Assembly (NCBI GenBank): GCA_945889325.1
Contig: CAMDBH010000004.1
Span: 14,166-78,165, forward strand
Reading direction: 5' to 3'
Length of the DNA: 64,000 bases
Source of the DNA: Klebsiella pneumoniae
GTDB lineage: Bacteria > Myxococcota_A > UBA9042
Of the stretch, positions 20,008 to 29,330 are shown piece by piece. The stretch's first letter is position 1. Each line of letters starts with the position of its first letter. The notes beneath the pieces were generated by a model. The model ran no database searches, was not told the origin of the DNA, and saw only the letters and a list, made by a program, of their open reading frames with translations. The translations under genes and the position numbers were made by a program.

Positions 20008-21132
20008 TCAAGGACGCAGTGCTCCGAACTTGAAGCGCTGCGTCGAGATTTCGAGCAAAAAGCCGAATTGAAACTCGATTTCACCGTGCGCGTTGAGCAG
20101 CCCGCGCGGCGGATTCGGGAACGGCCCAGCAGCAACAAAGGCGCGCTTGGCCTCGTCGTCAAGGAAATTTAAGCTGGAAGTTTTGGCGAGCTTGACATCT
20201 TTGACATCGCCCTCCGGCGCAAGTGTAACAGATAACACGGTTAAACGATCTTTGACGCCGTAGCGATTGCCGTTCGGATCGCGTTCGCGCAGCACGCGCC
20301 CGGGTTCCCACACCTCAACCACTTTGTCTTTCACGCGCTGAAAAAAATCGTAGTATTTGAAATGCTTGGTGTTTAGCATATTGACCGTGCCTTCGTCCTC
20401 GACGTCGGGCAGGGCATCGTTGCTACCGGTTTCACCAGAAGTTTTTTGCACCCAATTGTGTGCAATATTGCTGATTGAGGTCGCAGGCAACAACAAATTG
20501 TTCATCGGCCCTTCGACCACCGATGGGTTCGTCTTGGCTTGATCGCCACCGGGTTGCACCTCCCGCGGTCGCAAACCTGGGCCGTCCACCGGCAGCACCG
20601 CGGCCGGTTTGGATTCGACGCCTGTGCGGCGGTGGGGCTGCGACATTTTGGCGATCTGCGTCGGGTCCTTCTGCTTGGCTTGCGGACTCTGGACATGCGA
20701 AGGATTATCCAGCGCTTCCAAGCCGCTGTCCGCTCGCGTCGTCTTGTTGTGGCGACTTTTGGTTTCCTTGGCGACTGTGCTGTCGTACCGACTCAAATAC
20801 TTGGTGTTTTCAGGGCGTTTCTCCACCAGCGGCTTGGCCGACTCAACAACTTGCCCGTCGAGAATGTCGATTTCTTTCGGCTTGGGTTTGGGCTTTTCCA
20901 CCGCGGCTTGGGCCATCAGGTGCACATTGGCTTTATTTTTTAGGTTTTTGTCGTTGCGCTTGTGCTGGCTGGCGCTGATCGCCAATTTGACCACTGGCTT
21001 GGCCGAATTGTGCACAAAATCCGTGTCAATAAGCGCACTTAACGACCACATCAGCCCAAAAGTCACCGCGCACGCCAACGCCAGCGCGGTCGCTAAACGG
21101 GCAAAACGGGCAATCGGGGCAGGGATGCGCAT
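20008..21132 (-). CDS. TonB-C-terminal-domain protein
   Basis: N-terminal TM anchor, a long polar/Pro-Lys-rich linker, and a C-terminal ~90 aa (YYDFFQRVKDKVVEVWEP...LNFLDDEAKRAFVAAGPFPNPP) resembling the TonB_C fold. Confidence 0.65.
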   Translation of the reverse strand: MRIPAPIARFARLATALALACAVTFGLMWSLSALIDTDFVHNSAKPVVKLAISASQHKRNDKNLKNKANVHLMAQAAVEKPKPKPKEIDILDGQVVESAKPLVEKRPENTKYLSRYDSTVAKETKSRHNKTTRADSGLEALDNPSHVQSPQAKQKDPTQIAKMSQPHRRTGVESKPAAVLPVDGPGLRPREVQPGGDQAKTNPSVVEGPMNNLLLPATSISNIAHNWVQKTSGETGSNDALPDVEDEGTVNMLNTKHFKYYDFFQRVKDKVVEVWEPGRVLRERDPNGNRYGVKDRLTVLSVTLAPEGDVKDVKLAKTSSLNFLDDEAKRAFVAAGPFPNPPRGLLNAHGEIEFQFGFLLEISTQRFKFGALRP

Positions 21133-21233
21133 GACTTCAAGCTAGGCCCGCCGCAACGGCCGGTCAAGCAAAAACGCCGCAAGCGGCCAAATGATTCCTG
21201 AAATAACGACGCGGTAACGAAAATTTGGCGCTG

Positions 21234-22169
21234 CTAAAATAAATCGCTAACGCTATCGCCACCGTGAATGCGTGCGATCGCTTGGCCCAACATCGGCGCG
21301 ATCGAAAGCACAGTGATCTTGTCGGAATTCTTGTCGCGCAGCGGAATGGTGTCGGTGACAATGACGCGTTTGATCGCCGAGTTGTTGATGCGATCCATCG
21401 CGGGGCCGCTCAAAACGCCATGTGTGGCCATCACTTGCACCGACAGGGCGCCGCGGTTCATCAAGAAATTGGTGGCTTCGACAATCGTGCCGCCCGTGGC
21501 GATCTCATCATCGACGATGATCGCGTGTTTGCCGGCCACTTCGCCGATCAAATTGGTCGCCACCGCGCGGTCGTCATTGCCGTAGCGGCGCTTGTCGACC
21601 ACAGCCATCGGCAAATGCAGCAAGTTGCTGAAACGACCGAGCTCTTTGGCTTCACCGACGTCCCCAGCCACCAGTACATGGTTGCTCAGATCGCTTTGCG
21701 ACAGGTATTCGCACAAAATGGGCGCAGCGACCAACTGATCGACCGGCACGCGAAAAAAACCTTGAATTTGCGGTGAATGCAGATCCATCGTCAGCACCCG
21801 ATCGGCGCCAGCGGTTTGCAACAGATCGGCCATCAGGCGCGCGGTGATGGAAATGCGCGGCTGATCTTTCTTGTCACTGCGGGCGTAAAAAAAGTAGGGA
21901 AGCACCGCAGTTACGCGCGCAGCAGAGGCGTGTTTGAGCGCGTCGATCGCAATCAGCGTTTCAATGATCGACTCATTGACCGGCGATGCGGAGGTTTGGA
22001 TGTAAAAAACGTCGCATTCGCGGACGTTCTCCAAGATGCGTACCATCAGGTTTTCATTGGAAAACTTGACGGTTTCACTCTTTGAAAGCGGCAAATCAAG
22101 TTCTTGACTGATTTTCAACGCCAACTCGGGATGACTTGAACCGGCGAAAAGTTTGATCCTGCCTATCAT
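21234..22169 (-). CDS. prs: Ribose-phosphate pyrophosphokinase (PRPP synthetase)
   Basis: 311 aa. Contains LFAGSSHPELA, DLHSPQIQGFF and the PRPP-binding loop IIVDDEIATGGT. Confidence 0.95.
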   Translation of the reverse strand: MIGRIKLFAGSSHPELALKISQELDLPLSKSETVKFSNENLMVRILENVRECDVFYIQTSASPVNESIIETLIAIDALKHASAARVTAVLPYFFYARSDKKDQPRISITARLMADLLQTAGADRVLTMDLHSPQIQGFFRVPVDQLVAAPILCEYLSQSDLSNHVLVAGDVGEAKELGRFSNLLHLPMAVVDKRRYGNDDRAVATNLIGEVAGKHAIIVDDEIATGGTIVEATNFLMNRGALSVQVMATHGVLSGPAMDRINNSAIKRVIVTDTIPLRDKNSDKITVLSIAPMLGQAIARIHGGDSVSDLF

Positions 22170-22229
22170 GGCGTGGGGCCTTTGCCCCTTCGGGCGATAA
22201 GTGCGTGCAAAAATCCGGCAATTGCCAAT

Positions 22230-23498
22230 TTATTCAATGTATTGTTTGCGCAACGCCGACACTTCACCGGCGACTTGCGGCGTCGGATCGGCCAGCATCG
22301 CCTGATCGCGGTAGGTGTTGAGCTTGAGACGCAGGGCGTTCAGCTTAATAAAACCGTCTGCATCTGCTTGGTTATAAACTTTGTCTGCCTCAAACGTCGA
22401 ATATTCAGGGTTGTAAAGCGAATTGCGCGCCTTGCGGCCAGTCACTACGCAACTGCCTTTGTACAAACGCAAACGTGCGACGCCGGTGACGCCGACCTGA
22501 ATATTGCGCATGAACGTGGTCAACTGCTGCATTTCCGGGCTAAACCAGTAACCGTTGTAGATCATACGGGTATACTGCGGCACCAAACCATCGCGCAGAC
22601 TCATCACTTCGCGATCGAGCACAAGCGACTCAACTGCCCGATGTGCATGGTAAAGCAGCGTGCCGCCCGGCGTTTCATACACGCCGCGCGATTTGATCCC
22701 GACATAGCGATTTTCCACGATGTCTACGCGGCCCACTCCGTGTTTTCCACCGAGATCATTGCATTTTTCCAGCAACGCCACGGGACCAAAGGTGACACCA
22801 TCCACGGTTGTGGGAATGCCGTCGACAAAGCCGATCTCGACCTCAAGCGGCTCATTGGGCGCAAACTGTGGATCGACCGTCAATTTGTACATGTCATCGG
22901 GCGGCGCGCGCCACGGATCTTCCAAAATTCCGCCCTCAAAGGAGATGTGCAGCAAATTTCGATCGGTCGAATAAGGTTTTTCCGCCGTGGCCGTAATTGG
23001 AATGTCGTGTTTGCGGCAATATTCGATCAAATCCGAGCGAGATTTGTAAGCCCACGTGCGCCAAGGCGCGATCACTTGAATATCGGGTTTCAACGCATAA
23101 GCGCCGAGCTCGAAGCGCACCTGATCGTTGCCCTTGCCAGTCGACCCGTGTGAGATGGCAAACGCGCCTTCAATTTGCGCAACCTCAACCAGCGCCTTGG
23201 CAATCGGCGGGCGCGCGAGCGATGTGCCCAGCAAGTAATAGCCCTCGTACACCGCATTGGCCATGACGGCCGGAAACACATAATCGCGGACAAAAGTCTC
23301 CCGCAAATCGAGGATGTGAATGCCAATTGCCCCTGATTTTATAGCCTTCTCATGTAGGCCCGACAGTTCTTCGCCTTGGCCCACGTCGGCTGTCATGCAC
23401 ACAACGTCAAACCCTTGATCGTATTTGAGCCAATGCAGCATGACCGACGTATCGAGGCCACCGGAATAAGCCAGAACTACTTTTTTGCGAGTTGACAT
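22230..23498 (-). CDS. argG: Argininosuccinate synthase
   Basis: The track ORF extends to 23708. I trimmed it to the ATG at 23496-23498 (complement), giving MSTRKKVVLAYSGGLDTSVM, the canonical AYSGGLDTS N-terminus. Also contains ISHGSTGKGNDQVRFE. Confidence 0.95.
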   Translation of the reverse strand: MSTRKKVVLAYSGGLDTSVMLHWLKYDQGFDVVCMTADVGQGEELSGLHEKAIKSGAIGIHILDLRETFVRDYVFPAVMANAVYEGYYLLGTSLARPPIAKALVEVAQIEGAFAISHGSTGKGNDQVRFELGAYALKPDIQVIAPWRTWAYKSRSDLIEYCRKHDIPITATAEKPYSTDRNLLHISFEGGILEDPWRAPPDDMYKLTVDPQFAPNEPLEVEIGFVDGIPTTVDGVTFGPVALLEKCNDLGGKHGVGRVDIVENRYVGIKSRGVYETPGGTLLYHAHRAVESLVLDREVMSLRDGLVPQYTRMIYNGYWFSPEMQQLTTFMRNIQVGVTGVARLRLYKGSCVVTGRKARNSLYNPEYSTFEADKVYNQADADGFIKLNALRLKLNTYRDQAMLADPTPQVAGEVSALRKQYIE

Positions 23499-23876
23499 AG
23501 GTGTTTCAGATCCCTCGGTGGGCGGCTGACCGCGAGAATTCTTGGGCAAACATTGGGTTGCGCGATCGCGTCCCAGCGCAACACCGCGGCGCTGCGGCGG
23601 CGGAGTGTCGGTTTTAGCAGGCCGTCGCGTCAAGGGAGGCAGGCGGAAAAACGTTGCACTGCGACGTCTGCCATTTGTGACAAAGCACGTCGGCGATTTC
23701 GGTCGCACGCCGTCGGACTTGAAGGATTATCGCGCTGCGGTTACGGTGACGGTGTTGGCGCTACTGTTGTGCTGCGACAGTGCGCTGCGCTTGGTTCGCG
23801 TGGGCCGCGTAACCCAGCGCGGCCACAACAGACTTTTTTTCGAATGCTGAAGCTCTGCTTCGCGTGTGCTGCAACG

Positions 23877-26800
23877 ATGGCGATCGCGGGCTACCGAACA
23901 ACGTCGATGGTGCACCGCGGCACGCTGTCGCTGGTTTCGCGCGCCAACCGCGAACTGGATGGCGCGCCCGTCATCATCAAAGCGCTGGTGGCGGATTACC
24001 CCACGCCACGCAAAGTTGCGGAATATCGAAAAGAATTTGACGTAGGTAGCCGCCTGTTTCACGCCCACGTGCCGGGCATCGTGGAGCCGCTGGCTTTGGT
24101 GATGGACAACGGTCGACCCGCGATCGTGTTTGCCGATTGCGCCGCACAGACACTGGACGAATTGGCGCGCGAGGTCAAATGGCCCGTTGTCAAATGGTTG
24201 CGCTTGATGATGCGGGTGGCCGAGGTGCTGGGGGCGGTCCACCACAACGGCATCGTGCACAAAGACATCAAGCCTTCCAATATCTTGGTCCGTCCCGACA
24301 CCGGTGAGGTCTGGCTGATCGACTTCGCGATCTCATCGGCTTTGGATTATGAAGAACAGAGGGCGGTAAATCCAAATTATCTTGAAGGATCATTGCCTTA
24401 TATCTCGCCCGAGCAAACCGGGCGCATGAACCGGCCGATCGATTATCGCAGCGATTACTATGCATTAGGTGCAACGCTATATGAGATTCTGTGTCAGCGG
24501 CGACCGTTCGTGGCCAGCGACCCGATGGAACTGGTGCACTGCCATATCGCTAGGCGACCGCAAGCGCCACACGAGATCAATCCGGCGATTCCTGTGTATG
24601 TCTCGGCCATTGTGATGCGCCTGCTGGCAAAAACGGCAGAAGAACGCTACCAAACCTCCCGCGGCTTGGTCGCCGACTTGGCACAATGCGCGCAATGGCT
24701 GGAAGCGGGCGTTGATGCACCGGATTTTGTGCCCGGACGCGACGACATTTCCGACCGCTTTCGCATCCCCGCGCGCCTTTACGGTCGAGGTGAGGCGCTG
24801 GGTCAGCTCTTGGCCGCGGCGGAGCGCGCAAGCCAAGGTGACAGTGAGATTTTGTTGGTTTGCGGCTACTCGGGCATCGGTAAATCGGCGCTCATTCATG
24901 AGGTGCATAAGCCCATCTCGCGTCAAAACGCCTACTTCATTGCCGGCAAGTCGGATCAATTTCAGCGCAATATTCCGTACGCGGCGGCCATCGCCGCTTT
25001 TGGCGAACTTGTCGCCCAGTTGCTGACCGAAAGTGAAAGCCAAATCCAAGCTTGGCGCGACCAACTGTTGGCCGCCTTTGCGGGCAACGGCAAGATCATT
25101 ACCGATGTCATTCCCGCGATCGAACTGATTATCGGCGTGCAACCCGCGGTGCCGGTGCTGACCGTGGACGCCGCACGCCAGCGCTTTAACAGCGTTTTTT
25201 TAGATTTTGTTCGCGTGTTTGCCCAAAAAAGTCACCCGCTTGTGCTGTTTTTGGACGACTTGCAGTGGACCGATCTCGCTTCATTACAGCTTTTGCGCCT
25301 GATCATGACCGACGCGGACATCGGTTATCTATTGGTCATGGGATCTTACCGCGACAACGAGGTCGATGCGGCCCACCCGCTGATGACCACGCTGCGCGAG
25401 ATCGAAAAGGATGCAAACCGCGGCACGCCGCGCGGGCCGTTGGCGCAGATTCACCTTTCCGGGCTACAACTGGCCGATTTAACACAGCTTTCCGCGGATG
25501 CGTTGCATTGTCCGCTTGCAGATGCCCGCCCGCTGGCGGAACTTTTGCTCAGCAAAACCGGCGGCAACCCATTTTTTGTCAATCAATTTTTGCTGGAAAT
25601 TTATGCGCTGGAGCTTTTGCATTTTGACCAGCAGGTCGGCTGGCAATGGAACCTGGAAGACATCGCAAAACAAAATATGACGGACAACGTCGTCGAGCTG
25701 GTTTCAAGCAAAATCAATAAGCTAGACGCGGAAACGCAGGGCATTTTGCGCATTGCCGCCGCCGTGGGCAACACTTTTGATCTGGCGACGCTCGCTGCCG
25801 CCGCTGGCAAGCCTTTGCGTCAAGTGGCTGATTCTTTATGGGAAGCATTGCGCGAAGGCTTCGCGGTGCCACTGGACGAAACATACCAACTCGTCAACGA
25901 CGATGAAGCCACAGCATCGGGCGTGTTTGTCGCCCAACGGCAAGACGCCAATTCCGGCAGTTTCGCTGTCAATCCGCGGTATCGCTTTCAGCACGACCGG
26001 GTGCAGCAGGCGGCGTACTCGCTGTTCAGCGATCAGGATCGCCCGATCGTGCATTTGCAGATCGGCCGGACGATGCTCAAAAGCGCGGGCAACGACGATG
26101 TCGGCGACAAATTGTTTGCCATTTGCGATCAGGTCATCCACGGCATTGGCCTTGTGACCGACAGCAGCGAAAAATACCGATTTGCCCAACTTTGCCTGCG
26201 CGCAGGACAAAAGGCCCGTCAAGCCCAAGCGGCGGATTTGGCGCTGAAGTACCTGACGGCCGGCATCGCGTTGCTAGGCGATAGTTTATGGGGTGATCAG
26301 TACGCATGCGGCCACGCGTTGGCGTTTGAGCGCGCGGCGTGTGCGTACAACACGGGCGATTTTGAGAGCGCCGACAAGCACTTTGAAGAGTTGCTGCAAC
26401 GATCGCGCACACCGTCTGAAAAGGCGGATGTGTTTAACCTCAAACTCGAATTGGCGACCAGCCGCGGCATGCTCACCGAAGGCATCCGCTTTGGTCGGCA
26501 AGTGCTGGTGTTGTGCGGCGAATCTCTGCCGGAAAAAGGCACATTGCCCCTGCTTTTGGCCAATTTGGCGGTGCTGCAAGCGCGGCTGCGTTTCCGCAAA
26601 GCAGCCGACCTGCTTGACATGCCGCAGGCGACAGATCCAATCAAACTCACGGCGTTGCGGCTAATGAATGCGCTATCCGGCCCCGTGTTTTTTGTCGATC
26701 AGATGCTGTATTCGGTGCTGGTCCTCAAGATGTGCGATTTGTCGCTGCGCTCCGGATTGTCGTCGGAAGCTGCGTATTCTTGGGGCCTTTTTGGCATGAT

Positions 26801-29294
26801 TGCGGGTCCGATTTTGGGCAATCTCAAGCGAGGGATGGAATTTGCCGATTTGGCCGCCGAGTTGCAGCAGCGCTGGGTCGATCCGCGTTTGCGTCCCAAG
26901 GTGCTGTTTGTCCTCGGCGGTTTGGTGCGGCCTTGGGGTGAGCATCCGCGAAAATGCTTGCCGATTTTGCAGCAGGGCATGATCGAAGCGCAACAGCAGG
27001 GCGACGTACATTATCAGCAATATTGCAACTCTATGCTGCTAACCCACAATTTGGCCATCGGCACGCCCTTGGATCAAATCATCGACATAGCATCTCGGGG
27101 GGCCGAACAGAGTAAACGCTACAAAATCAACGACCAGCAAGCATTTTTCATCGCTTACGGTCATGCCGGGCAGATGATGCGGCCACCCACCAAGGCCGTG
27201 ACCTATCCGTTGCTCGACATTCCCAATCCGGACGCTTGGTTGAGCAAGACCGAGGCCCAAGAATCCAAATTGGCGATCACCGGCTATCGCATCATGCGGA
27301 TGCTCGACACGCTCGTCATGGGCGACCTCGCCGCGATGGCGCTGGAGCAACGCGAGGGCCTGAAGTACAGCAAGTCCGGCGAAGGCATGTATATCGGCCA
27401 ATACCATCAATTTATTTCCGCGATGATCGACGCTTCGCGTCACGATCACGTTTCCGCGGGCGAGCAGGCTTCGTTGCGGCAGTCGATGCGTAAGCATTTA
27501 AAATTGCAAGAAAAAATTGCGGACGTGAACCCAGAAGCGCACCTGCACCGCGTCTATTTGTTGCAAGCGGAGCTGGCGCGCTTCGATCAACGGGAAATCG
27601 ACGCGATGGCACTGTATGATCTTGCCATCGAACACGCAGCGTCCGGTGAATTTATACATGAAGCAGCGTTTGCTAGTGAGCGCGCGGCGCTCCTGCACCA
27701 GAACGCGGGCCGCAGCAAGGTCGCGCGTTCCTACCGCCGCGACGCAGCCTATTGGTACTTGGCTTGGGGCGCGCTGAACAAGATCGCGGCGATGGAACGG
27801 ACAAATCCAGAACTGCGCAATAGTACCGGTGATGTGGTTACAACGGCGATCCCGCCCCACGACGAGCACACCGTCGCCCTGACCGAAACGTCTCTCGGAT
27901 CGACGTTGGACCTGCAGTCGGTGATGAAAGCCGCGCAAGCCTTTTCAGGCGAAATTGTCTTGTCCAAACTTTTGGGCAAAGTCGTTGAAGTCGTGATTGA
28001 AAACGCCGGCGCCCGCCGGGCATTGCTCGTGCTCGATCGCGAGGGCGTCATGCGCATCGAGGCCGAACGCCACTCGGAACAGGCAGAAATTGCGGTGCTT
28101 GGCGGCAAGCACTTGGCTGACCGCACCGATTTGTCGGTCGCGATCGTCAACTACGTGGTGCGCACCAGAGAGCCCGTGGTGATTGAAGATTCCAACGCTT
28201 TGGGCAAGTTCGGTGCCGATCCGTATCTGCGGGCCAAGAAGACGCGTGCGGTTTTGTGCTCGCCGATCATTCACCAAAATCGCGTCAAGGGCGTATTTTA
28301 TTTAGAGAATGAATTGACGCCGGGCGCGTTCACCCCGGATCGCCTCAAGATGCTGAACCTGCTGTCAACGCAAATCGCGATTTCGATAGAGAACGCCGAC
28401 CTGTACCAAAATCTGCAAAAACAAGCAGATGCTTTTGCGCGCTTTGTGCCGCAGCAGTTCTTGACGTTTTTGGGCAAAGCAAGCGTGCAGGACATCAAGC
28501 TCGGTGACGCGGTACAGCGCGAAATGAATGTGCTTTTTAGTGACATTCGCTCCTTTACTACCCTGTCGGAAAGCATGACGCCGCAGGAGAATTTTCGCTT
28601 TCTTAACGCGTACTTGCACCGCGTGGGTCCGGTCATTCGGCAACATCAGGGCTTTATTGACAAGTACATCGGCGATGCCGTTATGGCGCTGTTCCCGCAC
28701 GGATCAGAAGATGCGCTGCGCGCGGCGATCCAGATGCACCGCCAAGTCGCGACTTACAACCAATACCGCGTCACCAAGGGCAGGCCGCCAATCGGCATCG
28801 GCGTGGGCCTGCATTTCGGCCCGATCATGCTGGGCACGATCGGCGAAGAGCAGCGCATGGATGGCACCGTCATCAGCGATACTGTCAATATTGCTGCGCG
28901 CTTGGAGGGCTTGACCAAGACCTACCGTGCGCCCATCTTGGTCAGCGAAGCGATTCTAACCGGTGTCGCTTCACAAAACGATTACCTGCACCGCTATTTG
29001 GGCGAGGTGCAACTGCGCGGCAAGGCGACAAAGGTCGGCATTTACGAGGTTTTTGAAACGTTGGACGAGCAACAACGCGACCTGCGTCAGGAAACGCGTG
29101 CGGCGCTGGAGCAGGCCATCCATTTGCATCAGGCCTCTGAGTTGGCCGATGCTTTGGATATTTTTGAACAAATCCTTGCGCGCAACCCCGACGACGGTGC
29201 GGCACATTACTACGCTGAATCCTGCCGAGCGGTCCTGGCCTTTCCGCGCACGAGCGATCTTTTTCGCGTGATCGCTGCGGATGCAGAAGCGTAG
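23877..29294 (+). CDS. Multidomain signalling protein: Ser/Thr protein kinase + AAA/STAND-like NTPase + helical (TPR-like) region + GAF + class III adenylate/guanylate cyclase + C-terminal TPR-like tail
   Basis: Kinase motifs: VIIKAL, HKDIKPSN, DFA(ISS), SPEQ. NTPase motifs: Walker A GYSGIGKS and Walker B LVLFLDDLQWTD. GAF-like region around LDLQSVMKAAQAFSGEIVL. Cyclase motifs: NVLFSDIRSFT, DKYIGDAVMALF, GTVISDTVNIAARLE. Start is uncertain: ATG 23877 (MAIAGYRTTS) is preferred, ATG 23844 is possible, and the track start 23553 overlaps the argG upstream region and is rejected. Confidence 0.9.
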   Translation: MAIAGYRTTSMVHRGTLSLVSRANRELDGAPVIIKALVADYPTPRKVAEYRKEFDVGSRLFHAHVPGIVEPLALVMDNGRPAIVFADCAAQTLDELAREVKWPVVKWLRLMMRVAEVLGAVHHNGIVHKDIKPSNILVRPDTGEVWLIDFAISSALDYEEQRAVNPNYLEGSLPYISPEQTGRMNRPIDYRSDYYALGATLYEILCQRRPFVASDPMELVHCHIARRPQAPHEINPAIPVYVSAIVMRLLAKTAEERYQTSRGLVADLAQCAQWLEAGVDAPDFVPGRDDISDRFRIPARLYGRGEALGQLLAAAERASQGDSEILLVCGYSGIGKSALIHEVHKPISRQNAYFIAGKSDQFQRNIPYAAAIAAFGELVAQLLTESESQIQAWRDQLLAAFAGNGKIITDVIPAIELIIGVQPAVPVLTVDAARQRFNSVFLDFVRVFAQKSHPLVLFLDDLQWTDLASLQLLRLIMTDADIGYLLVMGSYRDNEVDAAHPLMTTLREIEKDANRGTPRGPLAQIHLSGLQLADLTQLSADALHCPLADARPLAELLLSKTGGNPFFVNQFLLEIYALELLHFDQQVGWQWNLEDIAKQNMTDNVVELVSSKINKLDAETQGILRIAAAVGNTFDLATLAAAAGKPLRQVADSLWEALREGFAVPLDETYQLVNDDEATASGVFVAQRQDANSGSFAVNPRYRFQHDRVQQAAYSLFSDQDRPIVHLQIGRTMLKSAGNDDVGDKLFAICDQVIHGIGLVTDSSEKYRFAQLCLRAGQKARQAQAADLALKYLTAGIALLGDSLWGDQYACGHALAFERAACAYNTGDFESADKHFEELLQRSRTPSEKADVFNLKLELATSRGMLTEGIRFGRQVLVLCGESLPEKGTLPLLLANLAVLQARLRFRKAADLLDMPQATDPIKLTALRLMNALSGPVFFVDQMLYSVLVLKMCDLSLRSGLSSEAAYSWGLFGMIAGPILGNLKRGMEFADLAAELQQRWVDPRLRPKVLFVLGGLVRPWGEHPRKCLPILQQGMIEAQQQGDVHYQQYCNSMLLTHNLAIGTPLDQIIDIASRGAEQSKRYKINDQQAFFIAYGHAGQMMRPPTKAVTYPLLDIPNPDAWLSKTEAQESKLAITGYRIMRMLDTLVMGDLAAMALEQREGLKYSKSGEGMYIGQYHQFISAMIDASRHDHVSAGEQASLRQSMRKHLKLQEKIADVNPEAHLHRVYLLQAELARFDQREIDAMALYDLAIEHAASGEFIHEAAFASERAALLHQNAGRSKVARSYRRDAAYWYLAWGALNKIAAMERTNPELRNSTGDVVTTAIPPHDEHTVALTETSLGSTLDLQSVMKAAQAFSGEIVLSKLLGKVVEVVIENAGARRALLVLDREGVMRIEAERHSEQAEIAVLGGKHLADRTDLSVAIVNYVVRTREPVVIEDSNALGKFGADPYLRAKKTRAVLCSPIIHQNRVKGVFYLENELTPGAFTPDRLKMLNLLSTQIAISIENADLYQNLQKQADAFARFVPQQFLTFLGKASVQDIKLGDAVQREMNVLFSDIRSFTTLSESMTPQENFRFLNAYLHRVGPVIRQHQGFIDKYIGDAVMALFPHGSEDALRAAIQMHRQVATYNQYRVTKGRPPIGIGVGLHFGPIMLGTIGEEQRMDGTVISDTVNIAARLEGLTKTYRAPILVSEAILTGVASQNDYLHRYLGEVQLRGKATKVGIYEVFETLDEQQRDLRQETRAALEQAIHLHQASELADALDIFEQILARNPDDGAAHYYAESCRAVLAFPRTSDLFRVIAADAEA

Positions 29295-29330
29295 TCATTG
29301 CGGCGCACCAACGGAGATCGAGCTAAATTC

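Noticed and set aside
21168-21188. Intrinsic terminator after prs (minus strand GCCGC-TT-GCGGC followed by GTTTTT)
   Set aside because: The stem is only 4-5 bp with a 2-4-nt loop. This is too weak to list as a feature without an energy calculation or 3'-end data.
22173-23153. 326-aa plus-strand ORF
   Set aside because: It is entirely antisense to argG and has no recognisable motifs.
22230-23708. N-terminally extended track ORFs (argG to 23708, kinase from 23553, oxygenase to 33356, crtI from 34145, ATPase from 45541, rseP from 60158, ATPase to 16351, and lipoproteins to 37805, 43095 and 49341)
   Set aside because: The extensions overlap neighbouring genes or divergent promoters and lack homology. 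Internal starts give canonical N-termini or signal peptides, often with a GGAG-type ribosome-binding site.
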